Source: Candidatus Latescibacterota bacterium
GTDB taxonomy: Bacteria; Latescibacterota; UBA2968; UBA8231
Length of the DNA: 64,000 nucleotides
Direction: 5' to 3'
Assembly (NCBI GenBank): GCA_965197905.1
Contig: CBDAOB010000005.1
Span: 640,001 to 704,000, forward strand
Made by a program: the position numbers and the translations under genes. This document shows positions 30,684 to 39,235 of this stretch, one piece after another (within the stretch, counting starts at the first letter, position 1; each line of letters starts with the position of its first letter). Under the pieces are notes generated by a model that was not told the DNA's origin, made no database searches, and saw nothing but the letters and a program-made list of their open reading frames with translations.

Positions 30684-31088
30684 ATGATCATCGGCCTGTG
30701 GAATTATGCTGTGAAAGCTGCGGATCTCGAGAGCACCACCGCGTTCTACATCAAGCATATGGGCGCCGAACTGCGGATGCAAGGCGAGGTCTTTGGCTGT
30801 CAGTACAACTTCGTTCGACTGGGTGATACGCGCGTGCTCATCTTTGACCGAGCGCCTTATGAAGAGCAGCATGGCATGAACTTGCCACCCGGCTTTCTCC
30901 ATGTGGTCTACGAGGTGGATGACCACGAGAAACATGTGCAAATGCTCAGGGAAGGAGGGGTGCGTTTCTTGATGGAGCCCCAGGAGATCGAAACTGAGAT
31001 CGGTAAGCGCAAGATTGCCTTCTTTGAAGATCCCAATGGCATCCGGACAGAGGTCATGCAGATCATCGAAGATTGGTCAGACGTGTGA
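30684..31088 (+). CDS. VOC/glyoxalase family protein
   Basis: DLESTTAFY, HVVYEVDD, FFEDPNGIRTEV. Confidence 0.88.
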   Translation: MIIGLWNYAVKAADLESTTAFYIKHMGAELRMQGEVFGCQYNFVRLGDTRVLIFDRAPYEEQHGMNLPPGFLHVVYEVDDHEKHVQMLREGGVRFLMEPQEIETEIGKRKIAFFEDPNGIRTEVMQIIEDWSDV

Positions 31089-31195
31089 GGAAGGCAGGGT
31101 GTCGAGTGGCGGGGGTCGAGTGGCGGAGTGGGAGGGCGCAGTCGAAGATGCCCTAGGTGCTCCTGTAGCTTTTTCCTGTTTCTCAGCGCGGGTGC

Positions 31196-31223
31196 CACAC
31201 AGCATCCCAAAGGGTGCTGTGTG
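31196..31223. terminator. 12-bp hairpin between convergent genes, possible terminator
   Basis: CACACAGCATCC-CAAA-GGGTGCTGTGTG; no clear U-tract. Confidence 0.4.
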
Positions 31224-31299
31224 CTTGTGACCGATGGGAACACATCACAGACCTGCACACACGAGCCGACGCATCGTGACCCGATACATCGCCCTCCCG

Positions 31300-31597
31300 T
31301 TAAACCTTTTCAGACGAAGCCACCCAGCGGGCACCGCGCTGCACGACCTCCTGGAAGCTCGGATTCTGTAGCACCGCCATGTCATGACCGAGGGTGAAAT
31401 AGAAAACGCGTCCCCGACCATAGGTATGGGTAAATCCCATCACGTGCGCCGCCGGCGAAGATCTCATAGTCCTGCGAAAAACGCGCTTCCATCCCATTGG
31501 CGCCGGATAACAACTCCGAGAGAAACTTGCCATGACTCACGTGGTCGTGGTAGATGCCCTCTGTGCCAACGAATACCAGGACCTTTGTTGTTTCCAT
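31300..31597 (-). pseudogene. ThuA-like protein with a large internal deletion
   Basis: N-terminal KVLVFVGTEGIYHDH is joined out of frame near 31445 to C-terminal YGRGRVFYFTLGHD...RGARW. Confidence 0.75.
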
Positions 31598-31708
31598 GAG
31601 TTTCGAATCCGGCAGCACGAAGTTGCGGTAGCTCATCGAGTTCAGGTAGCGGCGCGAATGACGAAATACCCAATGACGAATGAATGTCGAAATCGAAGAT
31701 CCGCGTTG

Positions 31709-32640
31709 TCAATACGAATTGGCTAACGAAGGACGCGCGGTAAATGCCAGTATCCGCTCGACGACAGCGCCGGCCGCGAGCAGCGCTTGATCGTGCATAC
31801 GGCGGCCAACGAGTTGCAGTCCGAGCGGCAGGCCGTGTGCATCCAAATTCATGGGCAACGTCAGTGTGGGGCATCCCACGTACGTCCAGGGTAAGTTCAT
31901 GCGCGGCTCTCCCGTGCTGTCCAAACCACGCGGCGCAGAACCGACGGCCGATGGCGTGAGAAGCACGTCGTAAGTATCAAACAGTTTGTCGATTTCTTCG
32001 ATCGTCCGGCGACGGTGTTCCTGTATTCGCTCGATTTGGCTTTCTTCGACTTGTCGACCACGTTCAATAATATCGCGCAGCTTGGGCGTATAAGCCTGCC
32101 CGTACTGTTGAAAAAGATCAGTGTGGCTCTGGGCGCACTCTGCGGCGACCAATGTCCAGTGGTTCTCGTATGCATCGGAAATTGAAGCGGGCAACGCCAA
32201 GTCACTAACCTCATGTCCCAGATCTGATAATTGGCCGGAGGCAGCCTGGAGCGCCTGTGACATCGACGTCTCAGGCGGGTCGCATCGCATGTCTTGTACA
32301 AACGCAATCCGAAGCGACGGTCGCGCTTCTTTGACGGCTTCGTCGGTAAGCGACAAGAAGACAGTCTGGACGTCTCGCACATTTGTGGCGAAGACACCGA
32401 CCGTATCCACGCTGGGCGCAAACGGAAAAACGCCTTCGATGGGTAATCGTCCGAAAGTGGGCTTAAATCCCACGACACCACAGAAGGACGCCGGTCGATT
32501 CACAGAGCCGACGGTTTGGGAGCAATGCGCGCCATACCGCTAGCCACGGCCGCGGCTGATCCGCTACTCGATCCGCCCGGTGTATGGTCCAAGTGCCAGG
32601 GGTTTCGTGTCGGACCGGGATCAGCGTAAGCGAATGTCGT
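31709..32640 (-). pseudogene. Amidase signature family, 5'-truncated and frameshifted
   Basis: [23 protein letters not shown], small deletion near 32520, then [22 protein letters not shown]...GLPLGLQLVG. Confidence 0.82.
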
Positions 32641-32641
32641 G

Positions 32642-32720
32642 GACCATCGGCCGCTACGCGCCAGCGCTGGCGTCCTTGACCGTCAGTTGACCATCGGCCG
32701 CTACGCGCCAGCGCTGGCGT
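32642..32720 (+). repeat. Two exact 32-bp direct repeats containing the palindrome CGCCAGCGCTGGCG
   Basis: GACCATCGGCCGCTACGCGCCAGCGCTGGCGT at 32642-32673 and 32689-32720. Confidence 0.9.
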
Positions 32721-32831
32721 GCCGTCGGTTCATCCCAATCGACCAACGCGTGAACTTCTGGCTCCCATCGGACTTTCCAACTCTTTTTCGTTCATATCTG
32801 ATCCATCGGGCGGCGAGAATGGGCAGAAAGA

Positions 32832-32879
32832 CGGCCTCAAGACGACGACATCACCTTAGTGGCGTTGAAGGCGAAGTAA
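32832..32879 (+). pseudogene. Extreme C-terminus of a SpoIIE/RsbU-type PP2C phosphatase
   Basis: Manual translation RPQDDDITLVALKAK*. Confidence 0.5.
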
Positions 32880-32883
32880 CCTC

Positions 32884-33090
32884 TTAAACCCTCCATCGAT
32901 CCTCCGAACGTACCAGTACCAGGTAGTCTCGGCCCTGCCGACTCACATGGCGAACTACAGGGCCAGAAACCTCCCGAATCGCGCCAGGGTATTCGAGAGT
33001 CCGTCGCTCCTCATCGAATTCCTTGAGGATGCTTTCGAGGTTCACCGTCTTCTCCTTGGGTGATTCCATGTGGTTCTGTGGCGTTTTCAT
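32884..33090 (-). pseudogene. Probable N-terminal fragment of a GNAT-like protein
   Basis: LESILKEFDEERRTLEYPGAIREVSGPVVRHV, ending abruptly; family assignment from recall only. Confidence 0.35.
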
Positions 33091-33116
33091 GAATCGATCG
33101 GATTGGAAAAGGGCCA

Positions 33117-33890
33117 TCAGGCCGCCAGGATCGTTTCGACATATTCGCGTTCCGTTCGGGCTGCCTCTGCCGGGTCGGCCCAGGTGACGCCTTCGAGTTC
33201 GACGACCAGGGTGCCGTCGTATCCGGCCCCTCTCAGGGTGCGAATCAGACCTTCGAAGGGAAGGTCGCCTTCTCCGAAGGGCACCGGTTGATCTCCCTGC
33301 TGGTCCCTGAGGTGGACCAGGCCGATTCGGTCGGCAAAGGTTTCGGCAAATTGAAGGATGTCACCGCCGGCGGAGAGGAGGTGTCCGGTGTCGAGGAGGA
33401 TTCTGACGCGGCCGTCCAGGTGGGGTATGACGGTCTGGTAATCGGCCAGATCCTGCAGGCGGCTGCCCATGTGGTTTCCCAGGTTCAGAGTGACGTCCGG
33501 GACCCGTTCCAGGAGCTGGTTGACACCTTCGATCAGGTCCTCCTGGGCTTCCTGCGTTCGGGCGCCCGCTTTGAGATTGGCGGTTTTGAGGCCGAGCGCC
33601 CGGGCCAGGTGGATGTCCCACTCCACCTGCCCCAGGTTGTAGTGCAGGTTGCGTTCGTCCGAATCGGCTTTGCGGCCGGTGAGATTGCGGACGTTCAGGC
33701 CGATGAGAGTGACACCGGCAGATTGAAGGCATTCGCGGACCATCCGGACCGAGGTGTCGGGATGGATCGGACTGCTTTCGGTCCAGGCCCGGAAGAGTTC
33801 GATTCTGCCAAAGCCGGCGTTTTTGGCCATTTCGAGGGCGTCGGAGAGGAGGGCTTCTGGACAGACGGTCGGGCTGAAGCTCAGGTTCAT
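33117..33890 (-). CDS. Sugar phosphate isomerase/epimerase (xylose isomerase-like TIM barrel)
   Basis: AGFGRIEL, LDTGH, VHLRD, PFGEGDLP, GYDGTLVVE. True start at ATG 33890 with AGGAG RBS. Confidence 0.88.
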   Translation of the reverse strand: MNLSFSPTVCPEALLSDALEMAKNAGFGRIELFRAWTESSPIHPDTSVRMVRECLQSAGVTLIGLNVRNLTGRKADSDERNLHYNLGQVEWDIHLARALGLKTANLKAGARTQEAQEDLIEGVNQLLERVPDVTLNLGNHMGSRLQDLADYQTVIPHLDGRVRILLDTGHLLSAGGDILQFAETFADRIGLVHLRDQQGDQPVPFGEGDLPFEGLIRTLRGAGYDGTLVVELEGVTWADPAEAARTEREYVETILAA

Positions 33891-33952
33891 GGTAGCTCCT
33901 GTGAAAGGTCGTAGAGGTGACCGGGCGGGCGACCCCTTGAACCATGATCGGT

Positions 33953-34705
33953 TTATTCGATCCCTTCGTAGTATTCCCAGATGTCGTCGGGGCTTTCGAA
34001 AAGGATGTCGTCGTTGTCGATCCGACGCAGGCGGCCGATGAGGGCCAACCGGATCTCTTTGCCGTAGTTCTGGCTGCCGGTGTGCACCAGCTGTCCGTGC
34101 CAGAAGCAGGCCGTTCCGGGCGGGCCGGTGACCTCGACCGCTTCGGGCATGTCGAAGATGTCGTAGGCGTTGGCGTTGCCGCCCTTCAGGCTGGGCAGGG
34201 CGTGGGTCTTGAAATATTCTGCGGCCTGCCTGTGGGTGCCGGGGAACAGGGTGAAGCCGCCGGCCCTGGGTTCGACGTGGTTCAGGTAGAGGATGGTGCC
34301 CAGGCTGAATTTGTCCACGGTGCCTTCCGGCACGCCGTTGGTCGGGGTGTAGTAGCCGTCCAGGTGGCCGCCCGAAGCGGGTTTCCAGTCCGATCTGCCG
34401 GTCGGAAACCGGAAGTGGGGCCCCGGTCTTCCGTCTTTGCGGAGTTTCCCCTTGCCGACGATCTCTTCGGCCATGTCGAAGATGGGGGACTCGTAGAGGG
34501 TGGCCAGGATTGCCGGATGGTCTCCGACGGGCGGATTGCGCGGGCCGGAGTCGATCCAGGTTCCGGGGTCGTCCCGGTCGCATTCGAGATGCTCCCAGAT
34601 CACATCGAGCGCATTCTGGAGCTGTTCCTCGGTGAGGGTGTCGTGCTTGACCAAATAGCCGTTCTCTTTAAAGGTGGCTTTGTCGTCAGATGTAAGATAG
34701 GGCAT
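33953..34705 (-). CDS. PhyH-family dioxygenase
   Basis: FKENGYLV, GHLDG, GGFTLFPGTH, WHGQLVHTGSQN. Start at ATG 34705. Confidence 0.88.
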   Translation of the reverse strand: MPYLTSDDKATFKENGYLVKHDTLTEEQLQNALDVIWEHLECDRDDPGTWIDSGPRNPPVGDHPAILATLYESPIFDMAEEIVGKGKLRKDGRPGPHFRFPTGRSDWKPASGGHLDGYYTPTNGVPEGTVDKFSLGTILYLNHVEPRAGGFTLFPGTHRQAAEYFKTHALPSLKGGNANAYDIFDMPEAVEVTGPPGTACFWHGQLVHTGSQNYGKEIRLALIGRLRRIDNDDILFESPDDIWEYYEGIE

Positions 34706-34809
34706 CAGAAGTGTCTCCCCGGCGTTGCCATTCAGATGGGTATGCCAAGCGCCGGTTGGGGTTGCTGCCCTGGGAACAGCCGGCACCTCTTGACTGAAAG
34801 GTGAATAGA

Positions 34810-35551
34810 ATGTCGAAGCATGAAAAGTACGATTGTGACGAGATTTGGGAAGAAATATGGGGACCTGGCGGCGTCGAACTCACAGAAACGTTGGCAGACA
34901 GCATGGCTCTTTCCCCCGGATCTAACGTTCTGGATGGTGGAGCCGGGGTCAGGCGAGACTAGCTGTTTCTTGGCAGCAGAGTACAAATGGAATGTTCTGT
35001 CGGTCGAGATCGATCCTCAAGAAGTGCCCGTAATCCAGCGCAAGGCGAACGAGCGCGGGTTGGCGGGTGTGGTGGCTATCCGAGGGAATTTGGCAGACCT
35101 TGACCTGGCTGATGAGAGTGTTGATGGGGTTATTTGTCAGGGCGTCTTTGAAATGCTTGATGAACAAAGACCCAAAGCATTGCGGGAAATGAAGCGCATT
35201 TTACGACCTGGAGGACGCATTGGCATTGCTGACCCCATGCAGACAAGGGAGGTCCCCGATGACGAGGCGCTACGTCTTTATGGAGAAGATGATCCATGTC
35301 GATTTCGCAAGTTATTTCGGACACTAGAGTGGAACGTTGATCTAGCGAATCGGACAGACTTGGAGGTCATATCAGCCTACTATCATCCAGATAGCTAACG
35401 GTTCTGGGATGATTTCTACGCTCCGCTGTTGGACGAACAGGGCCAAGTGAAAGAAGAGCATACGGACCGAGACACAGAAGTGGAGATCTGGAAGAAGGAT
35501 GCCGGAAGGTATCACTCGATAGGGGTGATGGTACTTAGGAAGCCGGAGTAG
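34810..35551 (+). pseudogene. Class I SAM-dependent methyltransferase with a frameshift (~34947) and a premature TAA (35396-35398)
   Basis: MSKHEK...GPGGVELTETLAD...VLDGGAG|SGETS, RILRPGGRI; in-frame continuation RFWDDFYAPL...VLRKPE* after the TAA. Confidence 0.8.
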
Positions 35552-35580
35552 AAACAGATATTACCAAAGTAAACTGGGAC

Positions 35581-36156
35581 ATGAACGTTAATGCACTAGC
35601 TGCACGACTAGAAGGTGAATTGGACTCGCATCAATGCCTCTTGGTTGCAATCGACGGGCCAGGTGGGGCGGGTAAGTCCACACTTGCCAACCACTTGAGC
35701 CGATCAAGAAGTTTGGTGTCCGTCGTGCGTGGCGACGATTTCTATTCGGTCATGGATCGAATTGAGAGATCAGAGCTATCCGCCCAAGACGGATATGAAA
35801 GATATTTCGATTGGAAACGCATGCGCGATCAGCTCCTTGAACCGTTGTCAAATGGCGCGGCAGCTCGATACCAACGCTACGATTGGGAACTAGATCAGCT
35901 AAGGGAATGGTTGGAGGTGCCGGCTACAGGTGTGGTATTGGTTGACGGCGTGTATACCTTTCGCCCGGAATTGAGGGAATACTACGGCTATTCAATCTTC
36001 GTCGACACGCCGAAACAGGACTGTCTCACCAGACTTAAAGAACGAGGCGACTCAGCGGATTTGATATGCCGTTGGCGCGCATCGGAGGATTATTATCAGA
36101 CGCACTTCGAGCCCGCCAGGCATGTTTCTGTTGTCATGTCAGGCGCGGACAATTGA
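35581..36156 (+). CDS. Uridine kinase-like P-loop kinase
   Basis: VAIDGPGGAGKST, DDFY, YQRYDW, VLVDGVY. Confidence 0.85.
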   Translation: MNVNALAARLEGELDSHQCLLVAIDGPGGAGKSTLANHLSRSRSLVSVVRGDDFYSVMDRIERSELSAQDGYERYFDWKRMRDQLLEPLSNGAAARYQRYDWELDQLREWLEVPATGVVLVDGVYTFRPELREYYGYSIFVDTPKQDCLTRLKERGDSADLICRWRASEDYYQTHFEPARHVSVVMSGADN

Positions 36157-36266
36157 AGACGGTTCAATCGAATCAAGTCAAGGCGCTAAGAACACTTCAC
36201 GTAGCATCCGTTGAGAGCGACTTGGCAATAGGCAACTGGAGAGACATTTCGCAAATGCCGAATTGA

Positions 36267-36740
36267 ATGACAACTGCTCATTTACTTTGTGGTTTGCCTG
36301 GCTCCGGAAAGACGACGTTTGCCATTGAGCTTGAAGATTCGCACAAGGCGGTCCGGTACTCGCATGACGAATGGCTCGCCCATCTTTTCGGGCGGTGCCC
36401 GCCAAAACACGATTTCGAAGCACTACACAGCAAAGTGGCCGATCTAATCTGGCGCAATGCCTCACGGAATCTGGAGCTCAGCAACGACGTGATTCTCGAC
36501 TACGGGTTCTGGCGCCAAAAGGATCGAGACGCGATCAGAGAGGCCGTAGACGACCTCGGTGCCAGGTCAAAACTCTATTACCTCGACGCGCCGATTGAGG
36601 TCATGAGGACTCGGGTACTGAGCCGGACCAACGAGGATGAGAACTCGCTGTGGATTGACGAGGAGGCGTTTTCGAACTTCGTGACTCAGTTTGAGCCTCC
36701 AGACGAAAGCGAGAACTTTGAGCATGTCTGGACCGGGTAG
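36267..36740 (+). CDS. AAA_33 family P-loop kinase-like protein
   Basis: LCGLPGSGKTT, DVILDYGFW, QFEPP. Confidence 0.85.
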   Translation: MTTAHLLCGLPGSGKTTFAIELEDSHKAVRYSHDEWLAHLFGRCPPKHDFEALHSKVADLIWRNASRNLELSNDVILDYGFWRQKDRDAIREAVDDLGARSKLYYLDAPIEVMRTRVLSRTNEDENSLWIDEEAFSNFVTQFEPPDESENFEHVWTG

Positions 36741-36749
36741 TGCAGGCCT

Positions 36750-37497
36750 ATGGTGAAACCCACCGACGCATACATAATCTGTGGGACCCCACGCACGGGG
36801 AGTACGTTTCTTTGTTCCCTTCTTAAGTCTACTGGAGTCGCCGGAGTACCAGAATCCTACTTCCGGGAGCCTGATGTACCAATGTGGGCAACTCGGTGGG
36901 GCATCGCTGCGAAAGACGGCGACTTTAGTGATGTGGATTATGTGCGAGCGGCCGTGAATGCCGGAAGTACCGAAAACGGCGTTTTTGGAGTTCGCATAAT
37001 GTGGGGATCAATGGAGTTCATTGTTGACAGGTTGAGAGCTATGTATCCCAACATGAGCGGGAACGCACTCGACTTGCTTGACAGCGCTTTCGGCAACGTT
37101 CGATTCGTTTGTATGACACGCGAGAACGTCCTGGCTCAAGCAATTTCGTGGCTGCGAGCCGAGCAGACAGACGTTTGGCACCTGGATGACCCAGCGATCG
37201 CGGCCAAAGAAGGACGGTCACCTCGGTTCGACTACGACGAGCTGTGCCGGCTTAGTGCTTTGATCGAGAATCACAACCAGGCATGGGCTTCATGGTTCGA
37301 GGAAGTAGATGTCCAACCCTATGTACTGAAATACGAAGATCTTGATACCGATCCCGTCGGCACGACGCGATCGCTCCTCGATTTCCTTGGGCTGTGTGTC
37401 CCGGAGGGTGTCACGATTGCTGCACCAAACGCGCGCATGGCTAGACGAAGTGACCAGGGAATGGATGGAGCGTTACAAGCAGCTTATGGCAAGCTGA
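36750..37497 (+). CDS. Stf0-family sulfotransferase; C-terminal +1 frameshift near 37443
   Basis: YIICGTPRTGSTFL (PAPS loop), GVPESYF, RENVLAQAISW, YEDL. The true end DEVTREWMERYKQLMAS* is in a shifted frame. Confidence 0.85.
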
Positions 37498-37529
37498 AGA
37501 TAGATCAGTCAAGAGGGGACGTAATATTT

Positions 37530-37839
37530 CGGTGGAATAAACGCTGGAACGATCGGGATCTCATTTTCTGCACCCGGAATGGCGGACCTCAGACCCACGG
37601 TTATATAGGACACAAGTGGTTTAAGCAAATTCTCAAGCATGCTGGGCTTAGAGATGTAACTTTCCACACCTGAGGAAAACTTCTGGGTCGTTATTGCTGC
37701 AGGAAAGCGGCGATCTCAAAGAAGTGCAAGCCCATCTGCGCACGCTCGCATCGAAACCACCGCCAATGTTTATGCCACGGTGTACAAAGGCAAGCGGCGC
37801 GAGTCCTTGACGAGAATCCAGGAAAAGATCGCCATCTAA
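37530..37839 (+). pseudogene. Tyrosine integrase, C-terminal catalytic remnant (two frameshifts)
   Basis: WNDRDLIFCTRNG, FH(D)LRKT, VQAHL(R)HARIETTANVY carry the HxxR, H and Y catalytic motifs. Confidence 0.85.
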
Positions 37840-37850
37840 TTATTTGCTAA
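37832..37850 (+). repeat. Arm-type-like direct repeat CCATCTAATTATTTGCTAA
   Basis: 18/19 identical to 27508-27526; overlaps the integrase stop. Confidence 0.65.
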
Positions 37851-37948
37851 GTATTTCGCTATGAATTGCGTATAACCATGTGTAATCGAACACCCCGTCC
37901 TCTCTGTATTCGCCTCTGTTCCTACCCCTTCATATCTTCCGCGCACTA

Positions 37949-37966
37949 CTACTCCTACTGGTTCGA
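37949..37966 (+). repeat. attR-like core CTACTCCTACTGGTTCGA
   Basis: 17/18 identical to 27417-27434. Confidence 0.7.
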
Positions 37967-39156
37967 GCATCTACAACAGTTCAGGCCAGAAAATCCGCAC
38001 TCTCGCCCATGGGCATTTTTCACCCGGAAGGCACGAGATCTACTGGGATGGTCGGGACGAGGTGGGAAGAGATGCGGCCTCCGGGCTCTACCTCTATAGC
38101 CTCCGGGCCGGGTCTTTTGCCCAACATCGCAAGATGCTTATGACCGATGGCGGCGGTGGTGTGTCAAAGACTGGCAAGATTGTGCTCCAGGCAGCCGTTT
38201 ATTCGGTGGCGCTCACCGGCGAGCAGATTCTGGATCGCGTCGAGCAGGTTCGCGTGGGTGGCGATAGCAACATCGATTTCCGTGTCGACGAGCGCTTCTT
38301 GTGGACCCGACGCGCACCCATGCCGACGTTGCGACAGGAGATTGCCGCCGCCGCAATCGACGACAGGATCTACGTCTTCGGCGGATTGGACGACGACGCC
38401 AATTCGATCGACGTGGTCGAGGCGTACGCGCCTCACACCGATACCTGGGAACGTCGACAAAACCTTCCGCTAACCCTCAATCACCTCGCCGCGGTTGCCG
38501 TAGGAGGACGGATCTACATCATGGGCGGGTACGTCAACTTCGGCCGCGGTCTGCTCATTTCGGATCAGACCCTCGAGTACGATCCAACCGCCGACTCGTG
38601 GTCGAGAAAGGCGGACATGCCGTTCGCGCGTGGCGCCCACGGCGCGGCTTTTCTGGATGGCCGCGTCTACGTGGTGGGTGGCATCGGGTCGCCGGCCGGA
38701 GAGCAGACGCGGGTGATGATCTATGATTCAGCGGAGGATACCTGGGACGTAGGTGCTCACATGCCGATTCCGTCGGAACACCTGGCGGTGGCCGCCGCGG
38801 CGGGTCGGATCTATGCCATTTCCGGTCGCTTCGGAACGGGTCTCTCCGAGGTCCAGGTCTACGACCCCGGTAGGGACACCTGGGAGTTGCGCGCCCACAT
38901 TCCGACGGCGCGTAGTGGTATCACTTCTCAGTCGTGGTTGGGGCGGATCTTCGTTTTCGGCGGCGAGCTCCCCGGGGTCTTCGATGACAACGAGGTGTAC
39001 GATCCCTTGGGAGATGCCTGGGAGACTGCTGCCCCCATGCCTACCGCCCGTCATGGTTTGGCCAGCGGCATCGTCGACGGCAAGATCTACGTTATCGGCG
39101 GCGGAACGGTGGCCGGCTTGCGCGCCACCGACGCAGTAGAGGAATACGTCCCTTGA
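37966..39156 (+). CDS. Kelch-repeat protein with a partial N-terminal FlgD-Ig/T9SS-like domain, 5'-truncated
   Basis: SIYNSSGQKIRTL...WDGRDEVGRDAASGLYLY, then about six Kelch repeats (IYVFGG...YDP..D.W). Confidence 0.82.
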   Translation, partial: SIYNSSGQKIRTLAHGHFSPGRHEIYWDGRDEVGRDAASGLYLYSLRAGSFAQHRKMLMTDGGGGVSKTGKIVLQAAVYSVALTGEQILDRVEQVRVGGDSNIDFRVDERFLWTRRAPMPTLRQEIAAAAIDDRIYVFGGLDDDANSIDVVEAYAPHTDTWERRQNLPLTLNHLAAVAVGGRIYIMGGYVNFGRGLLISDQTLEYDPTADSWSRKADMPFARGAHGAAFLDGRVYVVGGIGSPAGEQTRVMIYDSAEDTWDVGAHMPIPSEHLAVAAAAGRIYAISGRFGTGLSEVQVYDPGRDTWELRAHIPTARSGITSQSWLGRIFVFGGELPGVFDDNEVYDPLGDAWETAAPMPTARHGLASGIVDGKIYVIGGGTVAGLRATDAVEEYVP

Positions 39157-39235
39157 TCGCCGAGTCCTTAGAGGTTAGGTCTATGGTGTCGGGGCTTGGT
39201 CGGCCTCAAGCCCATAACCAAAAACGGGATATGAC

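Larger units (their letters stand above)
27417..37966. mobile_element. Decayed integrative genomic island (~10.5 kb)
   Basis: Terminal direct repeats, internal arm-like repeats, integrase remnant next to the right end, IS91 and group II intron remnants, many pseudogenes. Confidence 0.7.

Noticed and set aside
31226..31249. CRP site TGTGA...TCACA
   Set aside because: Spacer is 14 nt, not 6
32642..32720. CRISPR array
   Set aside because: Only two repeats, a 15-nt spacer and no cas genes in the window
33891..34583. N-terminal extension making a 488-aa isomerase
   Set aside because: Alternate frame over the PhyH gene; the real start is ATG 33890 with an RBS
35396..35398. Recoded stop (Sec/Pyl) in the methyltransferase
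   Set aside because: The codon is TAA and the gene also has a frameshift
36750..37673. Genuine sulfotransferase-integrase fusion protein
   Set aside because: Produced by a +1 frameshift near 37443; Stf0 has its own stop at 37497
34810..37839. Integron cassette array
   Set aside because: No attC-like RYYYAAC...GTTRRRY palindromes seen between genes, and the integrase remnant looks phage/ICE-type rather than IntI
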